Translations under genes and position numbers: made by a program
The notes under the pieces: model-generated
What the model was told of the DNA's origin: nothing
What the model saw: the letters and a program-made list of their open reading frames with translations, nothing else
Databases searched by the model: none
Sequence record: SRR22947727_633
Reading direction: 5' to 3' (one strand)
DNA length: 63,223 nt
In this document: positions 22,335-32,517 of the stretch, in pieces
How the letters are laid out: each line of letters starts with the position of its first letter
Numbering within the stretch: the first letter of the stretch is position 1

Positions 22335-23732
22335 ATGAAATCACACACTAAAAAATGCTATCTATATCTAGCTATTTTAATTATTGGATCACAATTGCTA
22401 CACGCTCAAAGCAATTTTAAACTACCTGCTTATGAAAGCTTTCGTTTAGACAATGGACTTGAGATTTTTATGGTGGTTCAAAAAGAAGTTCCCTTGGTTC
22501 ATTTTAGGGCCGTAGTACCTGCTGGAACACGACGAGACACTAAAGATAAGGCTGGTTTGGCCGGTTTAACAGCAGACGCATTGTCTACAGGCACACAGTC
22601 TTTTGATAAAACGACCATTGAATCGCAATTAGACTTTTTAGGTGCTTCATATAATACAAGTGCAGGCTCTGAAGCCGCTGTTATTTCAAGTAGTTTTGTC
22701 AATAAAGACGCTTCCGTTGTTTTGCCAATTTTAACGGAAATGATTGTAAAACCAATATTTGATCTTCAAGAGTTTGAAAAATTACAAGAAAGGGCCATAG
22801 CAGGTGTAGACCAAATGAGAGAAAGTCCAAGAGGTGTTATTGGTAATTATTTTAATCAGATGGTTTATGGGGACCATCCATATGCTAATATATCCTCAGG
22901 GACCAAGAAAAGCCTTCAGCAAATAGGCATACAAGACCTTAAAAACTTTTATGCTCAAAATTATCAACCACAAGGAAGTGTTTTAGCTATAGTTGGGGAC
23001 TTTGATCCACTAGTCATGAAAATTCAATTATCTGACTTACTGTCTTCTTGGAAAAACAACACCATTTTAGCCCCTACAACACCTGAAATCAAAGCTTTAA
23101 ATAAAGCCAGTGTAGTGGTGGTGAATAAGGAAGATGCCAGGGAAACAACCATGTTGGTTGGAGGCATTGGTGTCCCTAGAAATGTGTCAGATTATATAGG
23201 TATACAAGTAATTAACACCATTTTAGGCGGTAGATTTACATCATGGTTAAACGACGAGTTAAGGGTTAATTCAGGACTAACTTATGGTGCCAGAAGTAGT
23301 TTTAGTACACTTAAGGATGGAGGAAGTTTTAGTATGAGTACATTTACAGCCAATGAAACTACGGAACAAACAATAGATTTACTCCTCAAAACATACCAAA
23401 AAATACACGATTTTGGTATAGATACTAAAACCCTTGAATCTGCAAAAAACTATGTAAAGGGGCAATTTCCACCGGATTATGAGACCAATGCTGCTATTGC
23501 TAGATTTTTTACTGATGCTACTGTGTATGAAATTCCAATGGATTATATAGATAAATTCACCGAAACAGTAAATTCATTAGATTCAAAAAAAGCGAAGCAA
23601 ATAATTGAAGATTACTTTCCTAAAGATAATTTACAAATGGTGTTTATTGGAAAGGCTTCCGAAATTACACCAATTGTGACTAAGTTTGGACCAGTAAAAG
23701 TACTCGAGATAACAGAAGACACTTATTATTAG
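22335..23732 (+). CDS. M16B peptidase, non-catalytic partner subunit
   Basis: M16-like sequence without HxxEH; LRVNSGLTYG motif. Confidence 0.85.
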   Translation: MKSHTKKCYLYLAILIIGSQLLHAQSNFKLPAYESFRLDNGLEIFMVVQKEVPLVHFRAVVPAGTRRDTKDKAGLAGLTADALSTGTQSFDKTTIESQLDFLGASYNTSAGSEAAVISSSFVNKDASVVLPILTEMIVKPIFDLQEFEKLQERAIAGVDQMRESPRGVIGNYFNQMVYGDHPYANISSGTKKSLQQIGIQDLKNFYAQNYQPQGSVLAIVGDFDPLVMKIQLSDLLSSWKNNTILAPTTPEIKALNKASVVVVNKEDARETTMLVGGIGVPRNVSDYIGIQVINTILGGRFTSWLNDELRVNSGLTYGARSSFSTLKDGGSFSMSTFTANETTEQTIDLLLKTYQKIHDFGIDTKTLESAKNYVKGQFPPDYETNAAIARFFTDATVYEIPMDYIDKFTETVNSLDSKKAKQIIEDYFPKDNLQMVFIGKASEITPIVTKFGPVKVLEITEDTYY

Positions 23733-23818
23733 CTAAATTAATGGGGTTTACTATTATTTAAGCTTTGGGTAGACGCTTATAATCTTGTATTTCTTATTTT
23801 TAAAGCATATTCATTGGA

Positions 23819-24625
23819 ATGCAAAAGAAGAAGTATTACTATTTAGTGAGGGTATCTTATTTGGGGTTTAGATACAGTGGTTGGCAAAAACAACCAGGGG
23901 TCAAAACCATTGAGAGTATGCTCACAAAAACAATTAGTTTTGTTTTAGGAGAAACGCGTTCCTTTAAAATATTAGGTGCAGGTAGAACAGATGCCAAAGT
24001 GTCTTCTATTCACGGAGCATTTGAATTATTTATTGAACATGAGCCGCTAAAAAACCTAGACGCGCTACTGGATTTATTTAACCTAAACCTTCCTGCAGAT
24101 ATTAGGGTAGAATCCATTACAGCTGTTGAGGAGAAATTTAACATCATTCACAGCGCAAAAGAAAAAACCTATTGCTATCTTTTTTCATTTGGATCCAAAG
24201 CACATCCTTTTTGTGCGCCCATTATGGCCAATTATCCGGAAGATTTAAATATTACGCTCATGCAAGAAGCGGCCAAATTATTTGAGGGCACACATGACTT
24301 TAAAAACTTTACAGCAAGAAAGGATAAAAAAAATTCCCAAACTATTAGGACGATTGCTTCTTGTGAGCTAAAAAAAAACAAAGCAATTAGTGCAAGTTTC
24401 TTTCCTGAAGACTCCTATGTGTTGGAAGTGAGGGGTAAAGGGTTTTTGAGATATCAAATTAGATTAATGATGGGTGCCCTGATATGTCTTGGAAGAAATG
24501 AAATAGACCTAGAGGGTATTAAGCGTTTGTTAAACAGTGATTTAGATGACTTTATTCCATATGTTGCTGCTGGCTCAGGACTACATCTCAAAGAATTATT
24601 ATTCGATCATTCTCTTATTATTTAA
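23819..24625 (+). CDS. truA: TruA-family tRNA pseudouridine synthase
   Basis: YSGWQKQ, GRTDAKV (catalytic Asp), GTHDF, GFLRYQIR; may be a paralog. Confidence 0.82.
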   Translation: MQKKKYYYLVRVSYLGFRYSGWQKQPGVKTIESMLTKTISFVLGETRSFKILGAGRTDAKVSSIHGAFELFIEHEPLKNLDALLDLFNLNLPADIRVESITAVEEKFNIIHSAKEKTYCYLFSFGSKAHPFCAPIMANYPEDLNITLMQEAAKLFEGTHDFKNFTARKDKKNSQTIRTIASCELKKNKAISASFFPEDSYVLEVRGKGFLRYQIRLMMGALICLGRNEIDLEGIKRLLNSDLDDFIPYVAAGSGLHLKELLFDHSLII

Positions 24626-24664
24626 AGTTTAATAGTACCTTTTTATAGATAAAAATAAACCACC

Positions 24665-25741
24665 ATGACTTTCCCATCTTTTCATAAAAAATCTAGGAGA
24701 TATTCGAAATTAGGCTTAGCCCCTGGTACCGTAAAATATATTGGAGACAAAAAAGAAGGCTCACATTCAGTAGCGCTCATTGAATTTGATCAAGACCATT
24801 GTAATTCAATTGAAGTGGACACTAGTTTGGCTGTTGGGGCTTTTTTTAAACAGGAATCTGAAACGCAATGGCTCAATATTGTTGGGCTTACAGATGAAGC
24901 CTTTATTAAAGCGCTGGGTAGTTCTTTAAGCCTTAATTTACTTAGCTTAGAAAGTATAGTAGACACACATCAAAGGCCTAAAATAGATGACTTTGATCAC
25001 TATTTATTTGGGGTATTTAAAATGGTCTATTTTGATGACCAAGCCTCTTTAAAATACGAACATTTGGCTATGGTCCTTTTGGAGGGTAAACTTATTACTT
25101 TTCAAGAGGTAGAGGAAGATGTTTTTAACGGTGTTAGAACAAGACTTTCTCAAGAAGGATCAAGAATAAGACAACGGGGAGCGGATTATTTATTTTTCGC
25201 TTTACTAGACGCCGTAGTAGATCATTACTTCATTGCTATAGAACAGTTAGGATTGAGATTGGATTCGCTAGAAGACATGGTATATCACAATTCAGAAGCT
25301 TCTCATGGACAAGAAATTCAGAAATTGAAAAAGGAAATACTCAAGCTCAGGCAGCATATATACCCTACAAAAGACCTGGTACAAAAGCTATTAAATTCAT
25401 CTCATCCTTTAATAAAAGAAGAAACTAAAGTATTCTTAAGAGACTTATCTGATCAATGTACAGAAATTAATGAAACCCTTCAACTGTATAGAGAAATGAG
25501 TACCAATCTCATGGACTTACACATGAGTACTATGGGAAACAAAATGAATGAAGTCATGAAAGTGCTGACCATAATGGCATCTATTTTTATTCCGCTAACT
25601 TTTATAGCTGGAATATATGGAATGAATTTTGACCATATGCCAGAACTTCATTGGAAGTATGGTTACACCATGGTGTGGATATTAATGGGCAGTTGCCTTA
25701 TAGGAATGCTCTTCTATTTTAAGAAAAAAAAATGGATGTAG
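24665..25741 (+). CDS. corA: Magnesium/cobalt transporter CorA
   Basis: GIYGMNF signature, MPEL, two C-terminal TM helices. Confidence 0.93.
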   Translation: MTFPSFHKKSRRYSKLGLAPGTVKYIGDKKEGSHSVALIEFDQDHCNSIEVDTSLAVGAFFKQESETQWLNIVGLTDEAFIKALGSSLSLNLLSLESIVDTHQRPKIDDFDHYLFGVFKMVYFDDQASLKYEHLAMVLLEGKLITFQEVEEDVFNGVRTRLSQEGSRIRQRGADYLFFALLDAVVDHYFIAIEQLGLRLDSLEDMVYHNSEASHGQEIQKLKKEILKLRQHIYPTKDLVQKLLNSSHPLIKEETKVFLRDLSDQCTEINETLQLYREMSTNLMDLHMSTMGNKMNEVMKVLTIMASIFIPLTFIAGIYGMNFDHMPELHWKYGYTMVWILMGSCLIGMLFYFKKKKWM

Positions 25742-25808
25742 TTTTACTACCTATAAATATTAAGTACCTGCTTGAAAGGACAGTAGATACAATTAAATAA
25801 TAAGCGTA

Positions 25809-26477
25809 ATGAAAATTTCAAAAGACAGCCTAGAATTCCTAAATAAATTAAGTGTAAATAACAATAGGGAATGGTTCGAAGCCCACAAAGAAACCTTTAA
25901 ATCGCATCAGCTGTCAGTTAAATCAGTGTTGGAGTTAATTAAAGATGGCTTGGGAGAAACAGATGATATTGAAAAACTGAAGCTGTTTAGAATTTATAGG
26001 GATGTTCGTTTTTCAAAGGACAAAACACCCTATAAAGACTACTTCTCAGCCTCTCTAACGCGTATGGGAAATTCTCTTAGAGGTGGCTATTACATTCATT
26101 TAAAACCTGGAGATGCTTTTTTAGCTGTTGGATTCTGGGATCCAAATAAAGAAGATTTATTTAGAATTAGAAAAGAAATTGAAACTGACGCCTCGGATTT
26201 TAAAGATTTTTTAAAGGCCCCATTGTTTAAAAAAACTTGGGGTAATTTCTCTGGAGAGACCCTTAAAACTGCCCCAAAAGGATTTTCAAAAGATCATCCA
26301 GAGATTAATTTACTCAGGAGAAAGAATTTTGTGTTTATTCATCCTATCCCTGATAGTGATATATGCTCAGAGGAGTTTGTTTCAAATACAGTTAAAGCAT
26401 TTCAAGTGTCAAGGCCTTTTTTAAATTTGATGAGTGATATACTTTCTACTGATCTAAATGGACAAGCTTTATTCTAG
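25809..26477 (+). CDS. DUF2461 family protein
   Basis: NNNREWF, FRIYRDVRFSKDKTPYK. Confidence 0.88.
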   Translation: MKISKDSLEFLNKLSVNNNREWFEAHKETFKSHQLSVKSVLELIKDGLGETDDIEKLKLFRIYRDVRFSKDKTPYKDYFSASLTRMGNSLRGGYYIHLKPGDAFLAVGFWDPNKEDLFRIRKEIETDASDFKDFLKAPLFKKTWGNFSGETLKTAPKGFSKDHPEINLLRRKNFVFIHPIPDSDICSEEFVSNTVKAFQVSRPFLNLMSDILSTDLNGQALF

Positions 26478-26540
26478 TGATTCAGAATAGACAAGTTTTA
26501 TTTTAGTGATTCAGAAATTGTAGTTACAAGTAGATTTTTA

Positions 26541-26939
26541 TTATGGAATTTCAAATAATTGTATTTGACTCTGATAACGCTGAATAAGCATTTGCATCAT
26601 TCTTTTATTTAAAGCAGCAGATTTACTTCTGTAAGAATGATACTCTTCTAGGGTAAATTGACCAATAATGATTCCTTTTAAGACATTGCGAAATTTAATG
26701 TCTTTTTGTAAAGCATTTTCAATATATAAAAGCCGCTTTTCCAATGACAAACTGTAAAAAGAATTCTTGTGCTTTAAAAAATAGTTTTTGAGCACTTGAA
26801 CAAACAAATCATTTTGAAATTTAAGTATAGGCCTCAGTACTTCATTTTGGAAATATGCTTCACTTGCTGGGTCATCAGTATTTTTAATATGGTCTAATGA
26901 AGGCCTAATAGACAACAATGATTTTGTCCTAGTTTCCAT
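26541..26939 (-). CDS. Conserved hypothetical protein of Flavobacteria type
   Basis: 132-aa ORF co-oriented with its neighbours; FQNEVLRPILK motif. Confidence 0.7.
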   Translation of the reverse strand: METRTKSLLSIRPSLDHIKNTDDPASEAYFQNEVLRPILKFQNDLFVQVLKNYFLKHKNSFYSLSLEKRLLYIENALQKDIKFRNVLKGIIIGQFTLEEYHSYRSKSAALNKRMMQMLIQRYQSQIQLFEIP

Positions 26940-26960
26940 AAATTTGCAGGTATTTAAATT

Positions 26961-28244
26961 TTAAGATTTTAACTTTAGACTAACTGCTTGAACTTCATCT
27001 AATACCCTGAGTAAATTCTCTCCCCAAAGTTTATTGATTTGTTCTTGGGAATACCCTCTTTTAACAAGTGCTGCGGTTACATTTTTAGTCTCTGAAGCAT
27101 CCGACCATCCTGCTATACCACCACCACCATCAAAATCTGAACTAATCCCAACATGATCAATACCAATGAGATTAACCAGGTAATCGATATGATTTACAAA
27201 ATCTAAAACAGATACGGCCTCAGGAGCATTTGGGTCATTGGCTAGTGTTTCTTTTCCCAACGACACTATTTTAGGGTAAACTTCCATGAAAGTAGCTCTT
27301 TCACTATCAGAAAGGGAAGAAAACTGATTTCTCTCATACCACAAAACCCCCATTTCTTTGGCTATATTTTGATAGACTTCTTTTGCGTATTCATTACTAG
27401 CTTCATGTTTTTCTGTATTTAAATAAGAAGAAAATGCCACAGTTTGAACTACACCTCCATTTTCTTTTAATAACAGCAATTGTTCGTCGTCTAAATTTCT
27501 TGAGTGATCGCACAAAGCACGAGCAGAGGAATGGGAAGCTATTATGGGTGCTTTAGATAAGGATATCATTTGCATCATAGCTTCTTTAGATGGATGAGAT
27601 ATATCTATCATAATTCCAAGTCTATTCATTTCAGCAACTGCTTCTTTTCCAAAGTCACTCAAACCATTGTGCAACCATACTGCATCCTTTTCACCTGTAT
27701 TAGAATCAGAGAATTGGCTGTGACCATTGTGAGACAATGAGATGTATCTAGCGCCTAGGTTGTAATAGGTTTCAAAATTACCTATGTCCATACCTATTGG
27801 ATAAGCATTTTCCACTCCAATCATGGCTACTTTTTTTCCAGAATTAATCAGTGATCTTACTTCTGCTGCTGTTGTAGCTAACCCAATTTTTTCTGGAGCT
27901 ATTTCTTCCGTAAGTTTATGAATAGCGGAAAATTTATCTAAAGCATTTGTTTTTGCCTTTTCATAACCCGCTTCAGTTAATTCTCCTTGACCTGTGTAAA
28001 CTATCAACCAACTTACGTCTAAACCACCCTCATTCATCTTAGGTAGATTAACTTGGGTATCTAATCTTTGGGTATAATTAATACTGTCTGTAAAATTAGC
28101 GGTATTAATATCGTTGTGGGTGTCTATGGTAATTGCTTCAGAATGTATTCTGTCAATTTTAGCTTCAAGGCTTTCTGTCTCTTTTGGTGCTTGATTACAA
28201 GAATTAAAAGCAAGTAGTCCTAAAATATAAAGGGTGGGTTTCAT
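26961..28244 (-). CDS. Membrane dipeptidase (M19), probable lipoprotein
   Basis: DTHND, DISH, ASHSS, RNLDDE, SDFDGGG; lipobox-like FNSC. Confidence 0.9.
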   Translation of the reverse strand: MKPTLYILGLLAFNSCNQAPKETESLEAKIDRIHSEAITIDTHNDINTANFTDSINYTQRLDTQVNLPKMNEGGLDVSWLIVYTGQGELTEAGYEKAKTNALDKFSAIHKLTEEIAPEKIGLATTAAEVRSLINSGKKVAMIGVENAYPIGMDIGNFETYYNLGARYISLSHNGHSQFSDSNTGEKDAVWLHNGLSDFGKEAVAEMNRLGIMIDISHPSKEAMMQMISLSKAPIIASHSSARALCDHSRNLDDEQLLLLKENGGVVQTVAFSSYLNTEKHEASNEYAKEVYQNIAKEMGVLWYERNQFSSLSDSERATFMEVYPKIVSLGKETLANDPNAPEAVSVLDFVNHIDYLVNLIGIDHVGISSDFDGGGGIAGWSDASETKNVTAALVKRGYSQEQINKLWGENLLRVLDEVQAVSLKLKS

Positions 28245-28261
28245 AAATGGCAGTTTTTTAA

Positions 28262-29125
28262 TTATCCAAGATAGGTTTTTAATAATTTATTTTTTGAACT
28301 ATGCCTTAATTTCCTGATTGCTTTTTCTCTAATTTGCCTGACTCTTTCTCTAGTTAAATCAAAAGTGAGTCCTATTTCAGCTAGTGTCATAGGGGGCTGT
28401 TCACCTATACCGTAAAAAAGTTTAATTACGTCTGCTTCTCTTGGAGATAAGGTATCTAAGGCCCTGGTTATTTCAGTATGTAAAGAACTTTGAATGAGTG
28501 CCTGGTCTGGTCTGGGAGAATCTCCGTAATCCAAGACGTCGTATAGACTAGCATTTTCTCCATCAATAAGAGGTGCGTCCATAGAGACATGCCTCCCTGA
28601 ATTTTTGAGTGATTGTTTTACATCACTCACCGTCATTTCAAGTTCTTTGGCAATTTCCTCTGGAGAAGGAGGACGCTGATGGGCTTGTTCTAAATAGGAA
28701 AAAGCTTTATTAATTTTATTGATAGATCCAATTTTATTAAGTGGCAACCGTACAATTCTTGCCTGTTCTGCTAGTGCTTGTAAAATGGCTTGTCTAATCC
28801 ACCAAACAGCATAAGAGATAAATTTAAAACCCCTTGTTTCGTCGAAACGTTTTGCTGCTTTGACTAATCCAACATTGCCTTCATTAATTAAATCTGGTAA
28901 GGTGAGGCCTTGGTTTTGATATTGTTTCGCTACAGAAACAACAAACCTGAGGTTTGCCGTGGTAAGTCTTTCTAGCGCAACGGCATCTCCAGCTTTAATT
29001 CTCTGTGCCAATTCAACTTCTTCCTGTGCATTAATCAAGTCTATTTTACTGATATCTTGTAAGTACTTATCTAAGGATTTTGATTCTCTATTGGTAACCT
29101 GTTTTACTATTTTAAGCTGCCTCAT
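28262..29125 (-). CDS. Sigma-70 factor, Bacteroidota RpoD/SigA family
   Basis: [38 protein letters not shown]; lacks region 1.1. Confidence 0.93.
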   Translation of the reverse strand: MRQLKIVKQVTNRESKSLDKYLQDISKIDLINAQEEVELAQRIKAGDAVALERLTTANLRFVVSVAKQYQNQGLTLPDLINEGNVGLVKAAKRFDETRGFKFISYAVWWIRQAILQALAEQARIVRLPLNKIGSINKINKAFSYLEQAHQRPPSPEEIAKELEMTVSDVKQSLKNSGRHVSMDAPLIDGENASLYDVLDYGDSPRPDQALIQSSLHTEITRALDTLSPREADVIKLFYGIGEQPPMTLAEIGLTFDLTRERVRQIREKAIRKLRHSSKNKLLKTYLG

Positions 29126-29308
29126 CTATGCGTTTTTCTTTTGGGAATTTTATTAACCTTCATATTACGAATTTTAATAGATTTCACCAAAATTCAACGC
29201 TTGTATCGGGTGTGTTTTAAGAAAACTTTAAGTTTTTCTAAAGCATATTTCATAAAAGATTACAGGATCTAAGCAATCATTTGTATTTTTAATTTTTGAA
29301 TAGACCTC

Positions 29309-29815
29309 ATGAGCAAAAAATTACTTCAGAAGCACTTAGTTGAATTACAAAAGGAACATTTAGAAATAATGGTCTTAGATCTCTATGACAAATTCCCAGA
29401 AGTTAAAACCTATTTTAATTTTGTCTTTAACCCTAATGAAAACAAATTACTAGAGCAGGCCAGGATCAAAGTGGCTAATGAATTTTTTTCTTTAAAAAGG
29501 AAAAGACCAAAAGCGAGGAGATCTGTTGCTCAGAAGTACATAAAACATTTTAAAACGCTTGGCATGTCTCCAGAGTTAATTGCTGAATTTATGTGGTATA
29601 ACATTGGCCTAATGCACACATTTTGTGAGGAAAAGCCCCAGCGTTTGCCTTTTTTTAAAAGCTTTTGTAATTTTTATAAAGAGGCGCTTCAGTTTGCTAG
29701 TTATCATCAAATAATACCCCTATATAAAACACAAATTTTGGCTGTTTATACAGCCAGTAAAGATTGGGAAAACGCGTATGATTTTGAAATGAGTTTGCAA
29801 ACCATTGAAGACTAA
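29309..29815 (+). CDS. Hypothetical protein (DUF6155-like)
   Basis: 168-aa ORF; LYDKFPEVKTY and KARRSVAQK motifs. Confidence 0.6.
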   Translation: MSKKLLQKHLVELQKEHLEIMVLDLYDKFPEVKTYFNFVFNPNENKLLEQARIKVANEFFSLKRKRPKARRSVAQKYIKHFKTLGMSPELIAEFMWYNIGLMHTFCEEKPQRLPFFKSFCNFYKEALQFASYHQIIPLYKTQILAVYTASKDWENAYDFEMSLQTIED

Positions 29816-29849
29816 AAATATCTTTTAAAAAACACATATAAATTATCCT

Positions 29850-30776
29850 ATGGCGCTATTACTCATTAGACAAGATGGAAAAACACCTCAATGGTTAAAT
29901 GCTTTTAAATTTCAAGACACTAAAATTGAATTTTACGACTTTAATGAACCACATCCTAAAGAAAAAATTACGATGGCATTGGTGTGGAAACAGCCCCATG
30001 GATTACTTGGTCAATATGAAAATTTAAAATGTGTTGCTTCTATGGGCGCTGGAGTAGATTTTATCTTTGAAGACCCTTCTTTTCATAATGGCTTGTTAAT
30101 GACTAGGGTAGTGGATCCTTTGTTGATTACTGACATGGAAGAGTTTGTTATGTCGCAGATTTACGCTCATATGAAAGGTTTGTATCAGTATCAGATCCAA
30201 CAATCAAAATCACATTGGCAGCAAAACCCATACCTTAGGAAGAAAGATATCACTGTAGGAATAATGGGTATGGGTGTTTTGGGATCAGCCACAGCTAAAG
30301 CATTAGTAACTCAGGGTTTTAATGTTTTTGGCTGGTCTAACTCAAAAAAGCAAATAGAAGGAATAACAACCTATGAGAAAGAAGATTTAGATTTGTTTTT
30401 GCAGCAAACCAATGTTTTGGTATGTTTATTACCACTGACACCTGAAACAAATGGTATTTTAGATCTTTCTCTTTTTTCTAAATTACCCAAAAGTGCCTTC
30501 ATTATTCATGTAGCTAGAGGGCCACATTTGGTGCGGGAGGATTTAATTCAAAGTATTGATCAAGGTCATTTAAGCGGTGCCGCAATAGATGTTTTCCCCA
30601 TAGAGCCTTTAGAAGAAAACGACCCATTGTGGGTACATCCAAATATCTATATTACGCCGCATTGCGCAAGTATTTCAAGTCCAGAATCTGTAGTGGCTCA
30701 AATAATAGTTAATTATAACAGACTAATGAGTAACCAACCGCTTTTAAATCAGGTAGATACTGCAAAGGGATATTAA
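29850..30776 (+). CDS. D-2-hydroxyacid dehydrogenase, GhrA-like
   Basis: GAGVD, GIMGMGVLG, LPLTPET, ARG, DVF..EPL, TPH. Confidence 0.88.
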   Translation: MALLLIRQDGKTPQWLNAFKFQDTKIEFYDFNEPHPKEKITMALVWKQPHGLLGQYENLKCVASMGAGVDFIFEDPSFHNGLLMTRVVDPLLITDMEEFVMSQIYAHMKGLYQYQIQQSKSHWQQNPYLRKKDITVGIMGMGVLGSATAKALVTQGFNVFGWSNSKKQIEGITTYEKEDLDLFLQQTNVLVCLLPLTPETNGILDLSLFSKLPKSAFIIHVARGPHLVREDLIQSIDQGHLSGAAIDVFPIEPLEENDPLWVHPNIYITPHCASISSPESVVAQIIVNYNRLMSNQPLLNQVDTAKGY

Positions 30777-30894
30777 TTTAATCTTTTTGCTTGATTCCTT
30801 ATGCATAGCGGTAAAAATCTGTTAATTTTGTACGTTTCATTTTTTAGAGAGTTGCTAAAAAATAATTTTACAAAACCATAAAAAATACTCCTAT

Positions 30895-32406
30895 TTGACT
30901 GTTTTAACGAAATTTTCTGAGAAAACACTTTACGATTACCAACAAAATGATTTAGATACTATTTTTGACTATCTAGACAGTGCCCCTACGGACACAAACT
31001 TGTTGTATCAATTACCTACAGGAGGTGGTAAAACGGTTGTTTTTTCTGAGATTGCAAAAAGATACATTGCCACTAAAGGCAAAAAAGTAGTTGTGCTTAC
31101 CCACAGAATTGAGTTGAGTACCCAAACATCTAAAATGTTAGAGGGTTTTGGAGTACACAACAAAATTATTAACTCCGACGTAAAATCTCTTGAGGATCAA
31201 GAAGACTTCAGTTGTTTTGTTGCTATGGTGGAAACACTAAACAACAGATTACAGGAGGAGAAAGTAAGCTTAGATAATATTGGATTGGTTATTATAGATG
31301 AAGCCCATTATAATTCATTTAGAAAACTGATGAAGTTTTTTAAACACGCTGTAATATTAGGAGTTACTGCCACCCCGCTCAGTTCAAATATTAAGCTACC
31401 AATGAAAGACCACTACAAAAAACTCATTGTAGGAGAGTCTATCACTTCACTAATTGATAAAAAGTTTTTAGCACAGGCACATCTGTACAACAAAAATGTA
31501 AGTTTAAAAACATTGAAATTAGGTATTAATGGAGATTACACCGTAAAATCTTCCGATGCTTTTTACGGAAATCATTCCATGTTGTCTCAACTTCTAGAGG
31601 CCTATGAAGAAATTGCCCTAGGGTCCAAAACCCTCATTTTCAATAATGGTATAAACACTTCTAAATACGTATATGAAACTTTTAAGAAAGCTGGGCACGA
31701 CATTAGACACTTAGATAATAAGAATAGTGCCGCAGAGCGAAAGGAAATATTAGAGTGGTTTTCCCAAACACCCAATGCCATTTTAACTTCAGTGAGTATT
31801 CTAACAACTGGATTTGATGAACCTAGTGTGGAAACAATTATTTTAAATAGGGCCACAAGATCATTGACCTTATATTTTCAAATGATTGGTAGAGGATCAA
31901 GAATATTAGACCATAAAGCCCATTTCAATGTCATAGATATGGGGAACAACATTGCTAGATTTGGACCATGGAATGCCCCAATTGATTGGCAGGAAATTTT
32001 TCACTTTCCAGATTTTTATCTTGAAAATATTAAAAATGACGAGGACATTGAAAGAGAATTTGTCTATGAGATGCCTTTTGCTCTAAAACAAAAATTTAAA
32101 AAATCTAGCGTGCTTCATTTTGATGTGAAAGCAGTATATAAAGATATTTTTGCACAGGGTTTAAAATCTAAAGAGGTATTAGACCGAAGTATTTCTCAAC
32201 ATGCTCAAATTTGTTTTGAAAACAGCGAAGATGTGTTTGACGCTCGCATGTTAGCTAAATTACTCAAAGAGGAAATTGCCTACAGGATTAGATTGTATTC
32301 TTATTGTATCATGAACAATACCAAAAACTATAAAGAGTGGCTGGAAGAAGACTATGAGAGAAAATTAAGGCTTAAATTATCTCAGATGTTTGCTAAAAAG
32401 ATGTAA
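30895..32406 (+). CDS. DEAH-box superfamily 2 helicase
   Basis: LPTGGGKT, DEAH, TATP, TTGFD, QMIGRGSR; start (TTG) uncertain. Confidence 0.9.
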   Translation: MTVLTKFSEKTLYDYQQNDLDTIFDYLDSAPTDTNLLYQLPTGGGKTVVFSEIAKRYIATKGKKVVVLTHRIELSTQTSKMLEGFGVHNKIINSDVKSLEDQEDFSCFVAMVETLNNRLQEEKVSLDNIGLVIIDEAHYNSFRKLMKFFKHAVILGVTATPLSSNIKLPMKDHYKKLIVGESITSLIDKKFLAQAHLYNKNVSLKTLKLGINGDYTVKSSDAFYGNHSMLSQLLEAYEEIALGSKTLIFNNGINTSKYVYETFKKAGHDIRHLDNKNSAAERKEILEWFSQTPNAILTSVSILTTGFDEPSVETIILNRATRSLTLYFQMIGRGSRILDHKAHFNVIDMGNNIARFGPWNAPIDWQEIFHFPDFYLENIKNDEDIEREFVYEMPFALKQKFKKSSVLHFDVKAVYKDIFAQGLKSKEVLDRSISQHAQICFENSEDVFDARMLAKLLKEEIAYRIRLYSYCIMNNTKNYKEWLEEDYERKLRLKLSQMFAKKM

Positions 32407-32517
32407 GCTTCAAACGCATTTAGGACCCTGGAACTTCTTGAAAGCAACCTGACCTCATTTCTCTAAAAATGCTATAGTTTCATTTCCCTAAAATGCCATA
32501 ATTTCATTTCTTTACAT

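Noticed and set aside
32407-32517. Slightly GC-richer intergenic stretch with GCATTT...AAATGC ends; considered as a small RNA or riboswitch
   Set aside because: No convincing internal helices and no recognisable family motif.
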